The notes beneath the pieces are model-generated. The model was not told where the DNA came from and did not search any database. It was given only the letters and a program-made list of their open reading frames with translations. The position numbers were made by a program, and so were the translations under genes. 64,000 bases of DNA from positions 105,524,001-105,588,000 of the forward strand of contig JBNRSN020000015.1 in NCBI GenBank assembly GCA_051313645.2, in the 5' to 3' direction. How positions within the stretch are numbered: the stretch's first letter is position 1; each line of letters starts with the position of its first letter. The stretch is from Centroscyllium fabricii (taxonomy: Eukaryota). Below, piece by piece: positions 10,083 through 22,885 of this stretch.

Positions 10083-11239
10083 TGTAACGGATTGGTGGAC
10101 AGATTGGGGGCGGGGCCCAAATGCAGAGACACTGAAACGTCCTTTAAAAGCAAAACTCCTTTAATATTTATATATAACAAAAACCACATAAATAGCATTC
10201 ACATACACAAATCTAGTAAACATCTTAAACAAGTCTTAGCTGAAGACTGGCACAGAACTTCCCAAAGTTGTGAGAAATGAGTAGAGGAATGCTACGCAGC
10301 AAAGCGCATCATTTACCCGAGGAATTCATGTCCAAACTTCTGTATAACAGGCATCAATGTCCATCTTAAACAAGTCTTCCTCAGTGAGCAGGACATCACA
10401 ATACAACTGCATCATCCGAGAACAGAACAAGTTTTCCTCTGCGAGCAGGACATCACAATACAACTCCTCATCAGAGAATTGAGGAACATCTTCTGTATAA
10501 CAGGCATCAATGTCCAAACCTGAGTTCGGGTGAAAATGAACCAAATGTCCAAGTAGTAGATTCTGAACTCTCCTCCGAGTCCGCCCTGCTGGTCGGGACT
10601 CACTCCGGCTGAGTCTTCAGAGGAAGAGAATACCTGATCCACAAGCAGGGGAACGCCCTTACTAAACATATGAATTGTCCATACCTGAACTGCAGAATAG
10701 CAGAGTGCAATGTCAAGGCTGAGTGATATGAGCTCCAACCCCATTGCCTCTGAAGCAGCCCAGCCTGAGCTGCAGGTGGCTGAACACAAGGTCCAGACTG
10801 ATGACAACTTGTAATTCACTGAAGTCTACTCAACAGCCAGTCTCACTCTAGCTGCCACAGCTAGTCTCACTCTAGCCGAGTCTTTCAAAGAGAATCCGTC
10901 CTCAATCGGGCAAGGGAAAGCCCAAACCCTTAGCCTCTCCAGCAGCACAGTAGCAGTAACCACTTCTTCCAGTGGCTTGTAGAATGTGTAAATGAAATCC
11001 AGCTAATTCAATGATGCCGCACCTGCCACATGCAAGACCTCCAGCTTATGAGCAAAACCAACAAATAGATCATTTGGGTTTAACCAACCAGCTGCAGGCA
11101 CTGACATAAAGCACACACAGGAATGAGAGCACCTAATTGAGGTAATAATAGAACTAACAGGGAAACCAGTCCTCAAAACAGGTGTGGAGCACACAACCAA
11201 ACTGTTTTAATATCTTAAAGGGACAGGCACCCTGTGACA
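10083..11239. mobile_element. Solo LTR (1157 bp)
   Basis: TGTAAC...GTGACA termini; 5-bp TSD ACACT (10078-82, 11240-44); no coding capacity. Confidence 0.85.
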
Positions 11240-11635
11240 ACACTAGTGTCTCCCACCCTTCCACCTCCTCTAACCTTTAGGGGTTGAGAGAATTTTTTTT
11301 AAAAAGGTAGGTGATTTATTGATTATTTTCAGAGACTGAACGTGAGTGGAAGGGGCTCCTGGACAGAGGTAGCAGTCGGTGGCAGCAGCAGGACCAGGGC
11401 AGGAGTTTTTCGCGGGTCTTTCTTTTCAGGAGCAGGCAGCGGGACGGTACTAGGAGGAGACAACAGGAGGCGGCGGCTATAAAGGCAAGCAGGGTAAGTG
11501 ATTTATTTATTTTTATTTATTTATTTTTCTGAGGTCTCTGTGGTATAACGGGGACTTCTGATAGACTAGCACCCTAGTATATATCTTGTTTTTTGGGGTG
11601 TTAATTTTTTGTAAAAGTAATTAGGGGGGTAAGTC

Positions 11636-12584
11636 ATGTCAGTGCAGCACGGTGCCGTGCTTTGCTCCTCCTGCCATGTGGGAAGCCAGGGACACCACTG
11701 GAGCCCCTGGTGGCCATGTGTGCGGGAAATGCGTCCACCTTCAGTTACTGACTAACCGCATTGCGGCACTGGAACTGAGGGTGGATGGGTTAGGGAGCAT
11801 TCGCAAAGCTGAGGGGAGCGTGAATTACTCATACAATGAGCTGGTCACACCGCAGGCTAAGGGTGTGCAGGCAGAAGAGGAATGGGTGACCAGCAGAAAG
11901 AACAGTAGGGCCAGGCAGGTAGAGCAGGAAACCCCTGCGGCCATCCCCCTCACGAACAAGTATACCGCTTTGGATACTGTTGGGGGGGACGACCTACCAG
12001 GGGAAAGCAGCAGTGGCCAACCTTCGGGCACTGAGGTTGCTTCTGCTGTTCAGCTGGGGGGGAAAAGGCATGAGAGAGCAATAGTGGTAGGGGACTCTAT
12101 CGTAAGGGGAGCAGATAGGCATTTCTGTGGCCGTAGACGTGACTCCAGGATGGTCTGTTGCCTCCCTGGTGCCAGGGTCAAGGATGTCACGGAACGGCTG
12201 CAGGACATCCTGCAATGGGAGGGAAACCAGCCAGAGGTCGTTGTACACATAGGAATCAACGACACACGTAAAAAGAGGGAGGAGGTCCTGCAACAAGAAT
12301 TCAGGGAGCTAGGCAGAAAGTTAAAGTGCAGGACCTCAAAGGTTGTAATCTCTGGATTACTCCCTGTGCCACGATTTAGTGAGTATAGGAATAGAAGGAT
12401 AGAGCAGCTTAATACGTGGCTCAAGAGTTGGTGCAGGAGGGAGGGCTTTAGTTTCCTGGATAACTGGCCCTGTTTCTGGGAAAGGTGGGACTTGTATGGG
12501 GGCGACGGTCTCCACCTTAACCGGAAGGGGACCAATATCCTGGTGGGGAGGTTTGCTAGCATGGTTGGGGAGGGGTTAAACTAA
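11636..12584 (+). pseudogene. CR1 ORF1 (SGNH esterase), probable frameshift near the start
   Basis: CGKC, GDSIVRG, HIGIND, DGLHL; clearly homologous to 6358-7314. Confidence 0.9.
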
Positions 12585-15518
12585 CTTGGCAGGGGGATGG
12601 GATAGGTAGTGGAAAAGAGGGAGGTCATAGGAAGCCAGAAACAAATGGTAGGAAGGTGAGAAACAATAAGCAAGGGAGAGAAACACAAAGGGCCAAACAA
12701 ATTCATAATAGTGTGATCAAAACAAGCCTAAAGGCAAGAAGCATTAGGAACAAGGTGGATGAACTAGCTGTGGAAATAGAGGTAAGCAAATATGAGCTGA
12801 TTGGAATTACGGAAACATGGCTGCAGTGGGGGCAAGGCTGGGAACTCAACATCCCGGGGTATACAACATTCAGAAAGGATCGGCACAAAAGAAAGGGAGG
12901 TGGGGTGGCATTGCTGGTGAAAGAGGGGATAAATGCAATTGAAAGGAAGGATATTAGCTCAGATGATACGGAATCTATATGGGTAGAACTAAGAAATAGT
13001 AAAGGGCGGAAAACATTAGTGGGAGTTATATACAGGCCTCCAAATAGTAATATGGAGGTGGGGGACGGCATAAAAAGGGAAATTAGAGAAGCTTGCGATA
13101 AGGGCACAGCTGTCGTCATGGGCGACTTTAATCTACATATTGATTGGACTAGCCAAGTTAGTAAAAATAGTGAGGAGGAGGAATTCCTAGAATGTCTACG
13201 GGATGGGTATCTGGACCAATATGTCGAGGAACCAACTCGGGATCAGGCCATCTTAGACTGGGTATTGTGCAATGAGAAGGGACTAATTAACAATCTCGTT
13301 GTACGAGGCCCCTTGGGTCGGAGCGATCATAATATGATCGAATTCTCAGTTGAGATGGAAAGTGAAAAGATCAACTCAGAGACTAAGGTCCTGAATTTAA
13401 ATAAAGGGAATTATGAAGGTATGAGAAGGGAATTAAGCAAGATAGATTGGGCAGTGTTCCTGGGGGGATTGAATGTGGATAGACAATGGCAAGCATTCAA
13501 GTATAGGATGGAAGAAATACAGAACTCGTTCATACCGGTTTGGCATAAGAATAAACCTAGAAAGGTGACTCAACCGTGGATAACAAGGGAAATAAGGGAC
13601 AACATTAAATCCAAAAAATGGGCATATCAATTGGCCAAAAAATTACTAGGCCGGAAGATTGGGAGCAGTTCAGGATACAGCAAAGGAAGACAAAGGGATT
13701 AATCAGGAGGGGGAAGATAGATTATGAAGGGAAGCTTGCGGCAAACATAAAAACTGACTGCAAAATCTTTTATAGGTACATCAAGAGGAAAAGATTGGTA
13801 AAATCACAAGTCGGTCCCTTGCAGTCCGATTCAGGGGAATATATAATGGGGAATAAAGAAATGGCAGACCAACTAAACTCATATTTTGGTACTGTCTTCA
13901 CAAAGGAGGACACAAGCAATCTCCCAGGGATAGCAGCGAACATAGGGTCCAAGGCAAGGGAGGAGCTGACAGATATCATTATTTCTAGGGAGATGGTTTT
14001 GGGGAAGTTGAAGGGATTGAAGGCCGACAAATCCCCAGGGCCTGATAATCTACATCCTAGGGTACTTAAAGAGGTAGCCCCGGAAATAGAGTGTGCATTG
14101 AGGATCATTTTCCAGAACTCAATAGACTCTGGATCAGTACCCACAGATTGGAGGGTGGCTAATGTTACCCCACTCTTTAAAAAGGGGGGCAGAGAGAAAG
14201 CAGGGAATTATAGACCAGTAAGCCTTACATCAGTAGTGGGCAAAATGCTCGAGTCCATCATCAAGGATGTAATCTCGGAGCATTTGACAAGTAGGGATGA
14301 GATCGGACAGAGTCAACACGGGTTTACAAAAGGTAAATCATGTTTAACTAATCTATTGGAATTCTTTGAAGAAGTAACTCGGAAAATAGATGGCGGAGAG
14401 CCAGTAGATGTGGTGTACCTTGACTTCCAGAAAGCTTTCGATAAGGTCCCACATAAAAGATTAGCATGTAAAATTAAGGCTCATGGGATTGGGGGCAAAG
14501 TTTTGATGTGGATAGAGAACTGGTTGGCAGACAGAAAACAGAGAGTTGGAATTAACGGCTCCTTTTCTGAGTGGCAGTCGGTGACTAGTGGAGTACCGCA
14601 GGGGTCTGTCCTGGGACCTCAGCTGTTTACAATATATATTAATGATCTGGATCAGGGAATTGAATGTAATATCTCCAAATTCGCGGACGACCCAAACTAG
14701 GAGGGGGGGCAGGCTCTGAAGAGGGTGTCAGGAAGCTACAGGGCGATTTGGATAAGTTGGGGGACTGGGCAGATAGATGGCAGATGCACTATAATGTGGA
14801 TAAATGTGAGGTTATCCACTTTGGGGGCAAAAACAGGAGGGCAGATTACTACTTAAATGGCAGTAGATTGGGAGATGGGGAGGTGCAGAGAGACCTAGGT
14901 GTTCTTGTACACCAGTCGCTGAAGGCGAGCACGCAGGTGCAGCAGGCGGTTGGGAAGGCAAATGGTATGTTGGCCTTCATATCAAGAGGGTTCGAGTATC
15001 GGAATAAGGATACCTTACTGCAGCTGTACAAGGCACTGGTGAGACCACACCTCGAGTATTGTGTACAGTTCTGGTCGCCTCGCCTGAGGAAGGATGTTCT
15101 TGCCATGGAAGGAGTGCAGCGGCGTTTCACCAGGCTGATTCCTGGAATGGCAGGAATGACCTACGAGGAGAGATTGTGTAGTCTGGGCTTGTACTCGTTG
15201 GAGTTTAGAAGATTGAGAGGCGATCTCATTGAGACGTATAAAATTCTGAAAGGTCTGGACAGGCTAGATTCAGAGAGAATGTTTCCAATGACGGGGGAGT
15301 CCAGAACCAGGGGCCACAGTCTAAGGATAAGGGGTAAACCATTTAGGACAGACATGAGGAAGAATTTCTTCACTCAGAGAGTGGTGGGCCTGTGGAATTC
15401 CCTGCCACAGAGGGCGGTGGAGGCCAGTTCATTAAACATATTCAAGAGGGAATTGGATATATTTCTTCAAGCTAAAGGGATTAAAGGTTATGGAGAAAAG
15501 GCGGGGACGGGGTACTAG
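12581..15518 (+). pseudogene. CR1 ORF2 (EN-RT) with two frameshifts
   Basis: EN and RT motifs spread over three ORF pieces; breaks near 13640 and 14695. Confidence 0.93.
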
Positions 15519-15645
15519 CTTGCTAAAGATCAGCCATGATCTCATTGAATGGCGGAGCAGGCTCGAAGGGCTGAATGGCCTACTCCTGCTCCTATCTTCT
15601 ATGATTCTATGATATCCCCTTTTTAAATTTTAAATGCACTTATCT

Positions 15646-15970
15646 GGGCGGCGTGGTGGCATAGTCGTTAGCCCTGTTGCCTCACAGCGCCAGTGGCCTG
15701 GGTTCAAATCCGGCCTCGGGTACTATCTGTGTGGGGTTTGCACATTCTCCTCGTGTCTGCGTGGGTTTCCTCTGGGTGCTCCGGTTTCCTCCCACAGTCC
15801 AAAGATGTGCGGGTTAGGTTGATTGGCCATGATAAATTGACCCTTAGTGTAAGGGGGATTAAATATGTGGGGTTACGGGGATAGAGTGGGATATGCGTCG
15901 GTGCAGGCTCGATGGGCCAAAATGGCCTCTATCTGCACTGTAGTGATTATATGATTTTCTCATTCTATGA
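15646..15970 (+). mobile_element. HE1-like tRNA-derived V-SINE
   Basis: A box TGGCATAGTCG, B box GGTTCAAATCC, V-domain GGGTTTCCTC..GGTTTCCTCCCACAGTCCAAAGA, CR1-type tail. Confidence 0.92.
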
Positions 15971-16180
15971 TCTCATTTCTAATCTCATCATCCAATGTCA
16001 TGTCCACCTGTTCTATTTCCCTGGTAAATACTGAAGCAAAATAATTATTTAATATTTTTGCCATCTCTCTATCGTTACCTGTGGTAGTATCCTATCTATC
16101 CCTTAATGGCCCTATTCCCATCCCAACCTTCCTTTTTTTATTGATGTGCCTATAAAATATTTTACTATTTTGTTTTATGT

Positions 16181-16490
16181 GTAATGACCATATAATCTGT
16201 TATAACGATGTTGATTGAGGGATAAATATTGACTAGGACACCATGAATAACTCCCCTGCTCTTCTTTGAAATAGTGCCATGGGATTTTTTACATCCACCT
16301 AAGAGAGCAGATGGGGCCTCAGTTTAATGTCTCATCCGAAAGACGGCACCTCTAACAGTGCAGCACTCCCTCAGTGCTGCACTGTAGTGTCACCCTAGAT
16401 TTTTGTGCTCAAGTTCCTGGAGTGGGGCTTGAACCCACAACCTTTTGACTCAGAGGCGAGTGTGCTACCAACTGTCACAACTGACAGACA
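16181..16490 (-). mobile_element. SacSINE1/DeuSINE head and Deu domain
   Basis: Minus strand: GGGTTCAAGCCCCACTCCAG..GTGCAGCACTGAGGGAGTGCTGCACTG..GGTGCCGTCTTTCGGATGAGAC..CCCATGGCACTATTTC. Confidence 0.88.
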
Positions 16491-16554
16491 TACTAGTGTA
16501 AGGATAGTGATTTGATTTAAAATGGTCAGTAGAAAGCAACAGCACTTATAAAAT

Positions 16555-16882
16555 TCTGACAGGCGGGAGAGTCCAGAATCAGGGGTCATAGTCTAAGGAT
16601 AAGGGTTAAGCCATTTAGGACAGAGATGAGGAAGAATTTATTCACCCAGAGAGTGGTGAACCTGTGAAATTCTCTACCACAGAATGTAGTTGAGGCCAAG
16701 TCATTGAATATATTCAAGAAGGAGTTAGATATATTTCTTAGAGCTAAAGGTATCAAGGGATATGGGGAGAAGGCAGGGGCAGGGTACTGAATTTGGATGA
16801 TCAGCCATGATCTCATCAAATGGCGGAGCAGGCTCAAGGGGCCGAATGGCCTACTCCTGCTCCTATCTTCTATGTTTCTATG
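16555..16882 (+). mobile_element. CR1 3' fragment
   Basis: Matches 15290-15612. Confidence 0.9.
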
Positions 16883-16889
16883 TACCGTT

Positions 16890-17440
16890 TTGATTGATTT
16901 GCTGATTACGTTTTTGGATATAGGGTCATTGAATATAAAAACAGGTGGTGATGATGTATCTAAGCAAGACATTGCTTAGGCCACAGAAGAGGTATTGTTT
17001 GCAGTTTTGAAACCCCATTATAGAAAGGATATCAGAACCATGGAAAAAGTGCAGTGAGGATCACAAGGATGATACCAGGGTTATATTCAGTGGACAAAGA
17101 AGGATAAGAGAGGATCTATTTAAAATTTTGAAAATTATGAAAGAGGATGAGACAGTAAATCATGAAAGATTATTGAATCTGTGTATCTGTAATGAGGAAC
17201 CAGAAATTCATGATTAATAATGGAATCATAAATGGGGTGGTTAAAATGATTTTTTTTCTAACTGTTTAGAGTATGGAATGCCTTCCCACAAATGGCAATT
17301 GAAGCTATGTCAATAAATCAGTGAAAGAATAAAAATATTAAAGGATCCTGGAGTATAGCAGCGAAACTGCATTGAAGTAGTTAGCTCTTGTGGGGCAGTT
17401 GGGACCAGCACAAGGCAAAGGACTTTCCTCTGTACCCAGA
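16890..17440 (+). mobile_element. Old, highly decayed CR1 3' fragment
   Basis: Residual GAATATAAAA..CAGTTTTG..CCCCATTATAGAAAGGATAT..GATGATACCAGG..TGGAATG similarity to the CR1 ORF2 end. Confidence 0.55.
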
Positions 17441-17479
17441 TTTCTTTGGTTCAGTAGCAGTCAATTAGTAGGATTCAGT

Positions 17480-19880
17480 AGGGGCTAAAGGCTGACAATT
17501 CCCCATGACCTGATGGCCTGCATTCTCGGGTCTTAAAAGAAGTGGCTACAGAGATAGTGGATGCATTGGTTGTAATCTTCCAAATTTCTTTGACTCTGGA
17601 AAAGTCCCTGAGGGTCGGAAAACCGCAAATGTAACGCCCTTATTCAAAAAAGGAGGGAGACAGAAAGCAGGAAGCTATTGGCCAGTTAGCCTAACCTCTG
17701 TCATTGGCAAAATGCTCAAATCCATTATTAAGGAAGTAGTAGCAGGGCATTTAGAAAATTATAATACAATCAAACAGTCAACATGGTTTTATGAAAGGAA
17801 AATTGTGTTTAACAAATTCACTAGAGCTCTTTGAGGAGGTAACGAGCAGGGTGGATAAAGGGGAAAAGTAGATGTAATGTATTTGGATTTCCAAAGGCAT
17901 TCGACAAGGTACCACATAAAAGGTTATTGCACAAGATAAGAGCTCATGGTGTTGGGGGTAATATATTAGATTGGATAGAGGATTAGCTAACTAACAGAAA
18001 ACAGAGAATCGGGATAAATGGGTCATTTTCAGGATGGCAATCTGTAACTAGTGGGGTGCCACAGGGATCAGTGCTGGGCCTCAACTATTCTCAATCTATA
18101 TTAATGACTTGGATGAAGGAAGTGAGTGTATTGTAGGCAAATTTGCGGTCGATACAAAGATAGGTGGGAAAGCACGTTGTGAGGAGGATATAAAGGGCAG
18201 GATTTTCATTGGGCTGTGGAGGCGAGATTATAGGTGTGTGGGGGGTTAAAATCTCAAAATCGGGAGGCACGAACCCAACCCGCCCCCAACCTGCCTCCAT
18301 GCCAGTTTCAAAGGAGGCAGATAACCGACCTGTGCTGGGACCCGCCTCCCCGAGGCGGGAAGGGGATTAGTGCCAATTAACTGCCTTTAACAGGTAGTTA
18401 AAAGGGTGTTTTTAGCCTAATCTCTATTTTTATTGCTGAAGTGTGAGATTCCCGACGGCTCCAAACCACGCCAATTTAGCAAGGCGGACCGTCAGGCTGA
18501 AGGGTTTGGAGGGTTCGAGATGTCCGGTGTTCAGGTGAGTGATGGGTGCATGAGTGCAGAGGTAAGTGTGTTTGGACTGTGTAAAGTATTTAAAGAAGTG
18601 TTTACTATACCTTTACAGCCTTCCTTCCTTCAGGTCTCAGGCGTCCCTCATCTCACTGGCACAGAAAGCAGAATGGCCGTGAGGTTTCAATAGTTGCAGC
18701 ATTCAGCTTTCTGTTCTGGGGAGATCTCTAAATCAGCCTGAGAGGAAGGAGTTAACTTGGAGTACAGATTGTCAGTGTTTGATAGCTTCAAAGAACTGTC
18801 GAATGTTGATATTTCATCTGTCAAAAGCCTTTGACAGATGAAATGTCAATCAGTGATGTCAGCTGTTGCTGGGTGGCCCTTAATTGGCCTGCTGAGGCCG
18901 TTGGGTGGGCTCAACAAGGTCAATCAAGTGGAAATCGTGCGGGTTGGCCACAACTCGATGGAGGCGGGACTACAACCCTGAAAGTTGTAGTCCCTCCTCC
19001 TACACGCCTCCAGTATCAAAATGCAGCCCAAAGAGTCTGCAAGGGGATATAAATAGTTTAAGTGAGTGGGCAAGAATTTGGCAGATGAAGTATAATGTGG
19101 GAAAATGTGAAGTTATCCACTTTGGTAGGAAGAATAGAAAATAAAAATATCATTTAAATAGAGAAAGACTACAGAATGCGGCGGTACAGAGGGATTTGTG
19201 TGACCTCATACATGAAACACACAATGATAGCATGCAGGTGCAGCAAGTAATTAGGAAGGCAAAGGAATGTTGGCCTTTATTGCAAGGGGAATGGAGTATA
19301 AAAGTAGAGAAGTCTTGCTACAACTGTACAGGGTGTTGGTGAGACCACACCTGGAGTACTGCATACAGGTTTGGTCTCATTATTTAAGGAGGAATATATT
19401 TGCATTTGAGGCAGTTCAGAGAAGGTTCACTAGGTTGATTCCTGGGATGGAAGGGTTGTCTTATGAGGAAAGGTTGAGCAGGTTAGGCCTCTACTCATTG
19501 AAGTTTAGAAGAATGAGAGGTGATCTTATTGTACCATATAAGATTCTGAGGGGGGTGGACAGGGTAGATGCTAAGAAGATGTTTCCCCTCCTCAGGGAAT
19601 CTAGAACTAGGGGCATAGTTTCAGAGTAAGCGGTCACCCATTTAAGACGGAGATGAGGAGGAATTTTATCAGAGGGTCATGAATCTTTGGAATTCTTTAC
19701 CCCAGAGTGTTGTGGAAGCTGAGCCATTGAAGATATTCAGATTTTTGAGCAACAGGGGGGGTCAAGGGTTATGGGGAGCGGGCAGGAAAGTTCAGTTGAG
19801 GCCAAGATCAGATCAGCTAAATGGCAGAGCAGGCTCGAGGCCTACTCCTGCTCCTATTTCTCATGTTCTTATGTTCTTAC
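17480..19880 (+). mobile_element. Decayed 5'-truncated CR1 (RT region), split by a MITE
   Basis: RT-region homology; LVRPHLEYC; tail TTCTTATGTTCTTA. Confidence 0.9.
18195..19029 (+). mobile_element. Harbinger-type MITE, family A (copy 2)
   Basis: TIRs GGGCAGGATTTTCA / GGGCTGCATTTTGA; 3-bp TSD AAA; removing it restores CR1 GAGGATATAAAGAGTCTGCAA. Confidence 0.9.
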
Positions 19881-20224
19881 CAGGGGCAAAACTAAGGTTG
19901 AAGGACTGGGTGGTGTTGAAGTCCAGATTTGGCCCAGTTGGCACAATAAAGCCACAACGATGTCCTCCACTGCTGTGTTCCCATTCGTCTCACACTGAAA
20001 ATGGCAATACTATCGTGATCAGGTTAAAAGTTCAGTGAGTAAATTATTTACAGTCGTTTTTGGCACAGTCCTGATGTACAAAATGGGCCACCCTCAAAGT
20101 GATTGGTGGAGATCATGGCACCCACTACCAGAGCAGACCCTGTGCTGTGTGCCAATTTCAGACACTGAAGCTGCAAAAGTGGGTACATGGAAAGGCAGTC
20201 CGGCTTCCAGGTTCTAGATTCCAG

Positions 20225-22300
20225 TTTTTAAAAATTCATTCATGGGATGTGGGCATCGCTGGCAAGACCAACATTTATTGCCCATCCCGAATTGCCCTTG
20301 AGAAGGTGGTGGTGAGCCGCCTTCTTGAACTGCTGCAGTCCGTGTGATGAAGGTACTCCCACACGGTGCTGTCAGGGAGGAAATCCCAGGATTATGACCC
20401 AGTGACGAAGCAGGATCGGCAATATATTTCTAAGTCACAAAGGTGTGTGACTTGGAGTGGCTCTTGGAGGTGGTGGTGTTCCCATGTGCCTGATGCCTTT
20501 CTCCATCTAGGTGGTAGAGGTCGCGGGTTTGGGACGTGCTGCCGAAGGAGCCTTGGTGAGTTGCTGCAATGCAGCTTGTAGATGTTATACACTGAAGCCA
20601 CGGTAAGCCGATGGTGGAGGGAGTGAATGTTTAAGGTGGTGGATGGAGTGCCAATCAAGTCAGCTGCTTTGTCCTGGATGGTGTTGAGCTTCTTGAGTGT
20701 TGTTGGAGCTGCACTCATCCAGGCAAGTGGAGAGCATTTCATCACACTCCTTACTTATGCCTAGTAGATGGTGGAAAGGCTTTGGGGAATCAGGAGGTGA
20801 GACACTCGCAACAGAATATCTAGCCTCTGAACTGTTCTTGTTGCCACAGTATTTATGTGGCTGGTCCAGTTAATTTTCTGGTCAATGGTGATCCCCAGGA
20901 TGTTGATGATGGGCGATTCAGCGATGGTAATGCCGTTGAATGTCAAGGGGCGGTGATTAGACTCTCACTTGTTGCAGATAGTCATTGCCTGGCACCTGTG
21001 TAGCGCAAATGTTACCTGCCACTTATCAGCCCAAGCCTGAACGTCATCCAGGTCTTGTTGCATGCGGGCATGAACTGCTTCATTATCTGAGGCGTTGCGA
21101 ATGGCATTGAACACTGTGCAGTCATCAGCGAACATCCCATTTCTGACCTTATGTTGGAGGGATGGTCATTAATAAACCAGCTGAAGATGGTTGGACCTAG
21201 GACACTTCCCTGAGGAGGACACTGCCTTGAGGAACACCTGCAGTGATGTCCTGGGGCTGTGATAATTGATCCCCAACCACAACTACCTTCTTTTGTGCTA
21301 GTATGACATTAGTCAGTGCAGAATTTTCCCCTGATTTCCATTGACTTCAGTTTTACTCGGGCTCCTTGATGCCACACTCGGTCAAATGTTGCCTTGATGT
21401 CAAGGGCAGTCACTCTCACCTCACCTCTGGAATTTAGCTCCTTTCTCCATGTTTGAACCAAGGCTGTAATGAGGTCCTGGACCAAGTGGTCCTGGCAGAA
21501 CCCAAACTGGGCATCAGTGAGCAAGTTATTGGTGAGTAAGTGCCACTTGATAGCACTGTTGACGACACCTTCCATCACTTTTCTGATGATTGAGAGTAGG
21601 CTGATGGAGCAGTAATTGACAGGATTGGATTTGTCCTGCTTTTTGTGGACAGGACATACATGGGTAGTTTTCCACATTGTCAGATAGATGCCAGTGTTTT
21701 AACTGTACTGGAACAGCTTGGCTAGAGGTGCGGCTAGTTCTGGAGCACAAGTCATCTGCACGATAGTCAGGATGTTGTCGGGGCCCATAGCCTGTTCTGT
21801 ATCCAGTGTGCTCAGCTATTTCTTGATATCATATGGAGTGAATCGAATTTGCAGAAGACTGGCTTCCGTGATGGTGGGGACTTCAGGTGGAGGCCGATAT
21901 GGATTATCCACTCGGCACTTCTGGCTGAAGATGGTTGCAAATGCTTCAGACTTCTCTTTTGCATTCACGTGCTGGGCTCCACCATCATTGGGGATGGGGA
22001 TATTCATGGAGCCTCCTCCTCCCGTTAGTTGTTTAATGGTCCACCACCATTCACAACTGGATGTGGCAGGACTGCAGAGCTTTGATCTGATCCGTTGATT
22101 GTGAGTTTGCTTGGCCCAGTCTATAGCATGCTGCTTCCGCTGTTTAGCATGCATATAGTCCTGTGTTGCAGCTTCCCCAGGTTGGCACCTCATTTTTAGG
22201 TACGCCTGGTGGTGCTCCTGGCACTCCCTTCTACACTCCTTATTGAACAAGGGTTGGTCCCCTGGCTTGATGCTAATGGTAGATTGAGGGATATGCCAGA
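20225..22300 (-). mobile_element. Decayed non-LTR retrotransposon (RT region and 3' end), distinct from the CR1s; clade uncertain
   Basis: PVHKKQDKSNPVNY..ISLLS, ALDIKATFDRVWHQG, FADD-encoding segment near 21120-21131, SLHHR. Confidence 0.85.
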
Positions 22301-22424
22301 CTATGGGAAGCTAGGGAAGACCTATCTGTCAATCAGTCGAAATCAGCTGGAAGGTGAGGTTTTGAAAAATTTTCTCTCACTGATCTTTGTACCCTAGGGA
22401 AACAGTTAGTGCTGATATAATAAA

Positions 22425-22735
22425 AATAATAATAATAATTCAACTTTTATTGTCATTATACAATGTACAAGTACATGAACAATGAAATGTGATCTTGCAA
22501 GCTCCCAAGAGTCCAGCAAAGCCGCTGCATCTGTGCGCGCCGCCATTCCATCTTTCCATCATTCCGACAATCTTCAGCCAACCGCCCCTCCCCAGGGCTC
22601 CTTTTGTGACCTGCATCTGGTATTCCATGGTGGTCACCCATCCAAGTACTAACCAGGCTTGGCTCTGCTTAGCTTCCAAGCCTTGCCAGTGACCCTGTCC
22701 CTAGTCCCAGGAACAGGGTCATATAGACTGGAGTC
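22425..22735 (-). mobile_element. 5S rRNA-derived SINE (SINE3-like) with Rex1-like tail
   Basis: GGAAGCTAAGCAGAGCCAAGCCTGGTTAGTACTTGGATGGGTGACCACCATGGAATACC resembles the 5S internal control region; tail TGACAATAAAAGTTGAA(TTA)n. Confidence 0.75.
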
Positions 22736-22885
22736 CAGGGATTGCTTCTACTGTAGCTGCTTCAATGATATTGAGGAAGTCACTATTGTCCCCGCCAGGT
22801 TTCACCGGCAGTGTTTTCAGCTGGTGGGTTTTGCTTGGGAAAAGGCTGAAAATTGCAAGGGGTCCTTAAAATGGCATACTTGTCT

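Larger units (their letters stand above)
9021..15612 (+). mobile_element. Full-length CR1 LINE (5' tandem array, ORF1, frameshifted ORF2), carrying a solo LTR in its 5'UTR
   Basis: ORF1 about 11636-12584; ORF2 pieces 12656-13702, 13618-14700, 14748-15518; (TTCTATGA)n tail. Confidence 0.93.

Noticed and set aside
8927-10087. Long ORFs of 269-386 aa in three frames
   Set aside because: Artefact of a stop-free 46-bp tandem repeat
15646-15720. tRNA gene (also the SINE heads near 23243, 45322 and 59701)
   Set aside because: tRNA-derived SINE heads followed by the V-domain
22607-22678. Functional 5S rRNA gene
   Set aside because: Diverged, 5' part altered, fused to a SINE body and tail
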